Source: Eubacteriales bacterium
Lineage (GTDB): Bacteria; Bacillota; Clostridia; Oscillospirales; CAG-272
NCBI GenBank assembly: GCA_045633005.1
Contig: JAZQXT010000007.1
Coordinates: forward strand, 62,709 to 126,708
Reading direction: 5' to 3'
Length of the DNA: 64,000 bases
The translations under genes were made by a program, and so were the position numbers. Positions 58,987 to 64,000 of the stretch are shown piece after piece. The notes below the pieces were generated by a model. It saw nothing but the letters and a program-made list of their open reading frames with translations, was not told the DNA's origin and did no database searches. How positions within the stretch are numbered: the stretch's first letter is position 1; the number at the start of each line of letters is the position of its first letter.

Positions 58987-59673
58987 ATGACTAAAAATAA
59001 CAGAAATCATCTGCGGCTTCTTGCCGCGCTCGCGCTTTTTTGCGCTTTGGCTTACGCCGTCACCTTGATCTTTCATATCAAGGTATCGTTTTTGACCTTT
59101 GATGCCAAGGATGCCGTTGTTTGTATAGCGGCGATGATATTTGGCGTTCTGCCGTCCACGGTGATCGCGCTTGTGGTCTCCACTATCGAGGCTATCTCGA
59201 TAAGCGATACTGCCTTTTGGGGATGGCTTATGAATTTTATCTCCACGGCGGTCTTTGCCGCGGTGGCTGGTATCGTTTACCGCCGAGTCAGAAAAATGTG
59301 GGGAGCGATCCTCGGACTCGGACTTGCGGTGGTGATCTTTACGGGAGTTATGATGGCGATGAATCTCATCATAACGCCTATTTATATGAAAACTTCGGTC
59401 GAGGTGGTCAAGGGGCTTATCCCTACGCTGCTTTTGCCCTTTAATCTTATAAAAGCGCTACTTAACGCGGCGCTCGTGCTGGCTTTTTATAAGCCCATCG
59501 TTACCGCGTTGCGCAAGGCGAGGGTGCTTCCCGCTCGCGAGCTTGCCGTGGATACGGCGGGATACCGCATGAACGCCAAGAGCGTTGCGGTGCTGTGCGT
59601 TGCCGCCGCCGTTGCGGTAGGTTGCGTGCTTGCGATGGTGTACCTTATGAACGGTAGCTTTAGTTTTATTTAA
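58987..59673 (+). CDS. ribU: ECF-type S component, riboflavin transporter RibU-like
   Basis: Polytopic small membrane protein directly behind the FMN riboswitch. ATG 58987 sits 6 nt after the GGGGA SD; ATG 58975 is also possible. Confidence 0.75.
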   Translation: MTKNNRNHLRLLAALALFCALAYAVTLIFHIKVSFLTFDAKDAVVCIAAMIFGVLPSTVIALVVSTIEAISISDTAFWGWLMNFISTAVFAAVAGIVYRRVRKMWGAILGLGLAVVIFTGVMMAMNLIITPIYMKTSVEVVKGLIPTLLLPFNLIKALLNAALVLAFYKPIVTALRKARVLPARELAVDTAGYRMNAKSVAVLCVAAAVAVGCVLAMVYLMNGSFSFI

Positions 59674-59686
59674 TTCGGAGCTTGAA

Positions 59687-60190
59687 ATGGTTGAAGCAAT
59701 AAAAACGTTTTTTCTTGAAACCGTGGGCGAGGAGCTTTGCGTGCTTTTCTGCTCAATGATACCGATAATAGAGCTTCGCGGTGCGATACCGCTCGGAGCG
59801 GGACTTGGACTTCCGTGGTGGCAGAGCTTTGGACTCGCCGTCATCGGAAATATGATACCCGTGCCGTTCATTCTCCTCTTCATCCGCAAGATACTTGATT
59901 GGATGGCGGGGTGCAAGATATCCCTTTTCAACAAGGTGGCAAATTGGCTCTATCGCAAGGCGGAGAAAAATAGAGAAAAGATAGAAAAATACGCCTTTTG
60001 GGGAATTTGCTTTTTCGTTGCGATCCCCCTGCCCGTAACGGGGGCGTGGACGGGCTCGCTCGTTTGCGCGACCATCAGGCAAAGGTTCTGGCACGCGATG
60101 CTTTCTGCCTTCCTCGGCGTGCTTATTGCCGCAACGATAATGACTCTTGCTTCGTACGGAGTCGTCGCGGCGTTCAGTATTTTCGCGTAA
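59687..60190 (+). CDS. Small multidrug-export-like membrane protein (COG2426/PF06695-like)
   Basis: Patterns IPIIELRGAIPLGAGLG, IGNMIPVPF, AIPLPVTGAWTGSL. Only 13 nt after ribU, with its own GGAG and no intervening terminator. Confidence 0.65.
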   Translation: MVEAIKTFFLETVGEELCVLFCSMIPIIELRGAIPLGAGLGLPWWQSFGLAVIGNMIPVPFILLFIRKILDWMAGCKISLFNKVANWLYRKAEKNREKIEKYAFWGICFFVAIPLPVTGAWTGSLVCATIRQRFWHAMLSAFLGVLIAATIMTLASYGVVAAFSIFA

Positions 60191-60194
60191 GGTG

Positions 60195-60223
60195 TTGACA
60201 AATGCCGAAATATGTGTTATCAT
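60195..60223 (+). promoter_or_regulatory. metK promoter
   Basis: TTGACA-N17-TATCAT. Confidence 0.6.
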
Positions 60224-60246
60224 ATCCTCGGTAAAACGAATATAAT

Positions 60247-60331
60247 ATCTTATCAAGAGCAACGGAGGGACAGGCCCTGTGATGTTGCAGCAACCTGCCG
60301 CGGCAAGGTGCTAAATCCCGACAGATGAGAG
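60247..60331 (+). promoter_or_regulatory. SAM-I riboswitch (S-box) aptamer
   Basis: TCTTATCAAGAGCAACGGAGGGACAGGCCCTGTGATGTTGCAGCAACC...GGTGCTAAATCCCGACAGATGAGA matches the S-box core. Confidence 0.9.
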
Positions 60332-60336
60332 AAAAG

Positions 60337-60366
60337 AGCCTCGTCGGGAAGACGAGGCTTTTGCTT
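60337..60366 (+). terminator. Riboswitch expression-platform terminator
   Basis: agcctcgtc / gacgaggct stem followed by TTTTGCTTT. Confidence 0.8.
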
Positions 60367-60381
60367 TGAAAGGAAAGAAAA

Positions 60382-61575
60382 ATGGAAAACAAGAAAATGC
60401 GCACTCTTTTTACCTCCGAGTCTGTAACGGAGGGACATCCCGATAAGATCTGCGACAAGATCTCCGACGCCGTGCTTGACAATCTGCTTGCGCAGGACCC
60501 CGAGTCCCGCGTCGCCTGCGAGGTCTGCTGCACCACGGGACTTATTCAGATAATGGGCGAGATCACGACCAAGGGCTATGCTGATTTTCAGACTATCGCG
60601 CGTGAGACCGTCCGTGAGATAGGATACGATAGAGCAAAATTCGGCTTTGACTGCGACAGCTGTGCGGTAATATCCACCGTTCACGAGCAGTCGCCCGATA
60701 TAGCGCTCGGCGTTGACCGCTCCCTTGAAGCCAAGGCGGGCGATATTACCGACGAGTACGATACGGGCGCGGGAGATCAGGGCATTATGTTCGGCTACGC
60801 TTGTAACGAAACGCCCGAGCTTATGCCTCTGCCTATTTCTCTTGCACACAAGCTTGCGAAGAGACTTACCGACGTTCGCAAAAACGGCACTCTTGCATAC
60901 CTTCGCCCCGACGGAAAAACTCAGGTTACCGTTGAGTACGAGGGCGATACCCCCGTGCGCGTTGATACGGTAGTAGTATCATCCCAGCACAGCGACAGCG
61001 TTACCCTTGAGCAGATACGCGAGGATATTATTCGCGAGGTAGTGCTTCCCATCATTCCCGCCGAGCTTATCGACGCGGATACCAAATATTACGTTAATCC
61101 CACGGGCAGATTCGTTATCGGCGGTCCTATGGGTGATAGCGGACTTACGGGTAGAAAGATAATCGTTGATACATACGGCGGATACGCCCGTCACGGCGGC
61201 GGTGCTTTTTCGGGCAAGGACCCGACAAAGGTTGACCGTTCTGCCGCATACGCCGCAAGATATCTTGCAAAGAACGTAGTAGCCGCAGGACTTGCCGCAA
61301 AGTGCGAGATACAGCTTGCATACGCTATCGGCGTTGCTCGCCCCGTGTCCGTGCTGGTTGACACGTTTGGTACTGCTAAGGTTTCGGAGGACGCTATTGC
61401 CAATGCGCTTGACGAGCTGTTCGATCTGCGCCCCGCGGCAATTATCGCGCGTTTTGCGCTTCGCCGTCCCATCTACTGCGACCTTGCCGCTTACGGTCAT
61501 ATGGGCAGAGAGGATCTTGACATCCCGTGGGAAAAGACCGATCTTGCTGACGCTCTGCGTGCAAAAGTGCTTTAA
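60382..61575 (+). CDS. metK: S-adenosylmethionine synthase
   Basis: [44 protein letters not shown]. Confidence 0.99.
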   Translation: MENKKMRTLFTSESVTEGHPDKICDKISDAVLDNLLAQDPESRVACEVCCTTGLIQIMGEITTKGYADFQTIARETVREIGYDRAKFGFDCDSCAVISTVHEQSPDIALGVDRSLEAKAGDITDEYDTGAGDQGIMFGYACNETPELMPLPISLAHKLAKRLTDVRKNGTLAYLRPDGKTQVTVEYEGDTPVRVDTVVVSSQHSDSVTLEQIREDIIREVVLPIIPAELIDADTKYYVNPTGRFVIGGPMGDSGLTGRKIIVDTYGGYARHGGGAFSGKDPTKVDRSAAYAARYLAKNVVAAGLAAKCEIQLAYAIGVARPVSVLVDTFGTAKVSEDAIANALDELFDLRPAAIIARFALRRPIYCDLAAYGHMGREDLDIPWEKTDLADALRAKVL

Positions 61576-61627
61576 TTTTTGACCTGCTTCGCGCTCCCGT
61601 GCATATAATGTTACGGGAGGGCGTGAG

Positions 61628-61966
61628 ATGGTTTTTGTTGAAATATTGGTTTCGGTGCTTGCCGCCTTTGGTGTGTTCTGTCTTTTCAAGCTGATAGCGG
61701 AGGAATGGCTTATTCCCGACGATCAGCTTCCGCCGCAATGTATTTGCCTTAAGGGCGACGAGAGTGACGAGGAGATAAGAGCGCTTTTTGATGCCGCCCT
61801 CGCATCGTGGACTCGCCGCGCACACGGCGAGGTCATCGTGTATTGCGAGCGTGACGGTGCGCCAAAAAAGGAAAGGATCGAAGCTATCCTGCAAGGGCGG
61901 GCGGTGCTCGTTTCTTGCATTGAAAATACCGCGCGAGAGGAGGGACGCGAGGATGAACAACGATAA
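61628..61966 (+). CDS. Small membrane-anchored hypothetical protein
   Basis: GGGAGGG SD, N-terminal TM helix (VEILVSVLAAFGVFCLFKLI), acidic soluble tail. 3' end overlaps the recD2 start by 14 nt. Confidence 0.5.
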   Translation: MVFVEILVSVLAAFGVFCLFKLIAEEWLIPDDQLPPQCICLKGDESDEEIRALFDAALASWTRRAHGEVIVYCERDGAPKKERIEAILQGRAVLVSCIENTAREEGREDEQR

Positions 61967-64000
61967 AAAGCTTTTTTCGGATAAAACGGCTTCGCGCCCC
62001 GCTTCAAGCGGGGCTCGACCTCTATCGGAGCAAAAAGCGTCCGACCGCGAGCTGTGCGGTCAGGTGGAAACGGTGCTTTACCGTAACGACGATAACGGTT
62101 ACATAGTTTGCATAGTCGTTACCGAGGACGGAAGCCTTGTGAACACCGTGGGCATAATGCCCGATATAAACGACGGGGACAAGCTCTCCGCCTTTGGAAA
62201 ATGGGAAAACAACGCACGCTACGGAAAGCAGTTCCGCGTGCTTGAATATACGCTGGAGCTTCCCACCGAAAACGCGGATATCGAAAGGTATCTTTCGTCG
62301 GGTGCTATAAAGGGAATAGGAGTAAAAACGGCGCGAAAGATCGTCGCGGAGTTTGGCGACGATACGGTAGACGTTATCGAAAACCACCCCGATTGGCTTG
62401 CGCAGATACCGGGGATAACTCACAAAAGAGCGCAGGAAATATCCGAGGAGTTCAAGTCGAAGTCCGACCTTCGCGCGACCGTCACGTTCTTCAGGGAATA
62501 TTTTGGTCCTGCGCTGACGATGAAGATATATAAAGAGTTCGGCAAGCGCTCAATACAGGTCGCAAGGGATAATCCGTATAGGCTTTGCGAGGACGTTGAG
62601 GGCATCGGCTTTGAAAAGGCGGACAGTATGGCGCAAAAGCTGGGGCTTCCGCACGATAGCGAGGAAAGGCTAACGGCGGGCATTTTGCACGTTCTTACGT
62701 CCGACGCGGCGCAAAACGGTCATACCTGCTTGCCCGAGGATGCGCTGATAAGCGCGGCGGCAGAGGCTCTCGGAGTTGAAAAAGAAGCCGTCACCGAGGC
62801 GATAAAGGATCTGATATCGCGCCGCAGACTCGTTGCGGAAAAGACCGACGAAACGAGGCTTATATATAATAAGGAAAGCTATGACGACGAAAAATACGTT
62901 GCCGAAAAGCTTGCGCTGTTGCGCCGCGGCAGTATACAGCTCTCCTTTTCAGATATCGAGGCGTTTATCCGCAAGGAGGAAGCGTCAAACGGAATAAAAT
63001 ACGCCGACGAGCAGAAAAAGGCTATTTTCGAGGCACTTAGCGGCGGCGTGCTTTTGCTTACGGGCGGTCCTGGAACGGGTAAGACCACGGTAGTCACCGC
63101 GCTTATAGCAATATTTGAAAGTATGGATTTAAAGGTCGCGCTTGCCGCGCCCACGGGACGCGCCGCTAAGCGTATGACCGAGGCAACGGGGCGCGAGGCA
63201 AAGACCGTGCATCGACTTCTTGAGGTGGATTTCGGCGGAGATGACGGCGAGATACGCGACAGAGGGCGATCCTCGCGCATAAAATTCCGCAGATGCGCCG
63301 ATTATCTGCTCGACGAGCACGTTATCATAGTCGACGAGGCTTCAATGCTCGATCTTTCGCTTACGGCGTCGCTCTTGCGTGCCGTAAAGCCCGGAGCGCG
63401 GCTGATATTCATCGGAGACTCCGATCAGCTTCCGTCCGTGGGTGCGGGCAACGTGCTTCACGATATGCTTGCATCGGGCAGACTTCCCACGGTACGTCTT
63501 GACAGAATTTTCCGTCAGGCGGAGATGTCGCTGATAGTCACCAACGCCCACGCCATCAACCGCGGCGAGATGCCCGTGCTTGACGTAAAGGACAAGGATT
63601 TCTTCTTTATGCCGCGCCAGCTTGACGAGGACGTGGCGTATACTGTGGGCGAGCTTTGCGCCGCAAGGCTTCCGCGCGCGTACGGCGAGGACGAGGTGAT
63701 ACAGGTCATCTCCCCGACAAAGCGAGGCGTTTCGGGTACGGAAGCGCTTAACGCAAGGCTTCAGGCGCTTATCAATCCCCCCGCGCGCGAGAAAAAAGAG
63801 CACCGCCACCACGATAGGCTCTTCCGCGAGGGAGATAAGGTCATGCAGATACGCAATAATTACGAGCTTGAGTGGATTCGCGGCTCAAAAAGCGGACTTG
63901 GCGTATTTAACGGCGATATCGGTAGGATAACCGAGATAAATACCGTCGAGAAATATATGGAAATTGACTTTGACGGCAGAGAGGTAGTGTACGAGTTTTC
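61953..64000 (+). CDS. recD2: RecD2-like SF1B DNA helicase, 3' end beyond window (not in the ORF track)
   Basis: Own translation from ATG 61953 stays open to the window end. Motifs: HhH segment AIKGIGVKTARKIV, Walker A LTGGPGTGKTT, IIVDEASMLD, FIGDSDQLPSVGAGNVL, RQA...I. Confidence 0.9.
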   Translation, partial: MNNDKKLFSDKTASRPASSGARPLSEQKASDRELCGQVETVLYRNDDNGYIVCIVVTEDGSLVNTVGIMPDINDGDKLSAFGKWENNARYGKQFRVLEYTLELPTENADIERYLSSGAIKGIGVKTARKIVAEFGDDTVDVIENHPDWLAQIPGITHKRAQEISEEFKSKSDLRATVTFFREYFGPALTMKIYKEFGKRSIQVARDNPYRLCEDVEGIGFEKADSMAQKLGLPHDSEERLTAGILHVLTSDAAQNGHTCLPEDALISAAAEALGVEKEAVTEAIKDLISRRRLVAEKTDETRLIYNKESYDDEKYVAEKLALLRRGSIQLSFSDIEAFIRKEEASNGIKYADEQKKAIFEALSGGVLLLTGGPGTGKTTVVTALIAIFESMDLKVALAAPTGRAAKRMTEATGREAKTVHRLLEVDFGGDDGEIRDRGRSSRIKFRRCADYLLDEHVIIVDEASMLDLSLTASLLRAVKPGARLIFIGDSDQLPSVGAGNVLHDMLASGRLPTVRLDRIFRQAEMSLIVTNAHAINRGEMPVLDVKDKDFFFMPRQLDEDVAYTVGELCAARLPRAYGEDEVIQVISPTKRGVSGTEALNARLQALINPPAREKKEHRHHDRLFREGDKVMQIRNNYELEWIRGSKSGLGVFNGDIGRITEINTVEKYMEIDFDGREVVYEF

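Overview
This is a chromosomal window from a spore-forming Firmicutes (Clostridia-like) genome. GC looks mid-50s percent by eye. Intergenic regions are AT-rich and carry many textbook TTGACA-N17-TATAAT promoters. I call about 49 protein genes.

Housekeeping blocks:
- groES-groEL behind a CIRCE operator
- addB-addA
- rpoB-rpoC followed by rpsL-rpsG-fusA-tuf
- an FMN riboswitch upstream of a ribU-like transporter
- a SAM-I riboswitch upstream of metK
- a recD2-like helicase that runs off the 3' end and is therefore missing from the ORF track
- a sigma-70 family factor truncated at the 5' end

Sporulation genes: spoVAD-spoVAE and spoIVB.

Accessory content:
- two half-transporter-type ABC exporter pairs, one under a MarR regulator
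- two adjacent secreted proteins with N-terminal dockerin modules
- a Phd/Doc toxin-antitoxin pair
- htrA plus an OmpR/HK two-component system
- a class B sortase, an RlmA-like methyltransferase and a GT2 enzyme
- a secreted lectin/Ig/C39-like peptidase and a transglutaminase-like protein
- an orphan XRE-HTH+S24 (HdiR/LexA-like) repressor divergent from a small membrane protein

I saw no rRNA, tRNA, CRISPR array, transposase, integrase or recognisable defence island.

I cannot point to a clear-cut novel multi-gene system. The best candidates for something undescribed are:
1. the self-cleaving-repressor/small-membrane-protein divergon (43.8-45.0 kb)
2. a 490-bp hairpin- and tandem-repeat-packed convergent intergenic region (24.4-24.9 kb)
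3. an unknown nuclease-fold-like protein translationally coupled to the MarR-ABC operon (21.5-22.3 kb)
4. a PF06695-like membrane protein apparently co-regulated with ribU by the FMN riboswitch

All functional calls come from motif recognition by eye. No database search was run.
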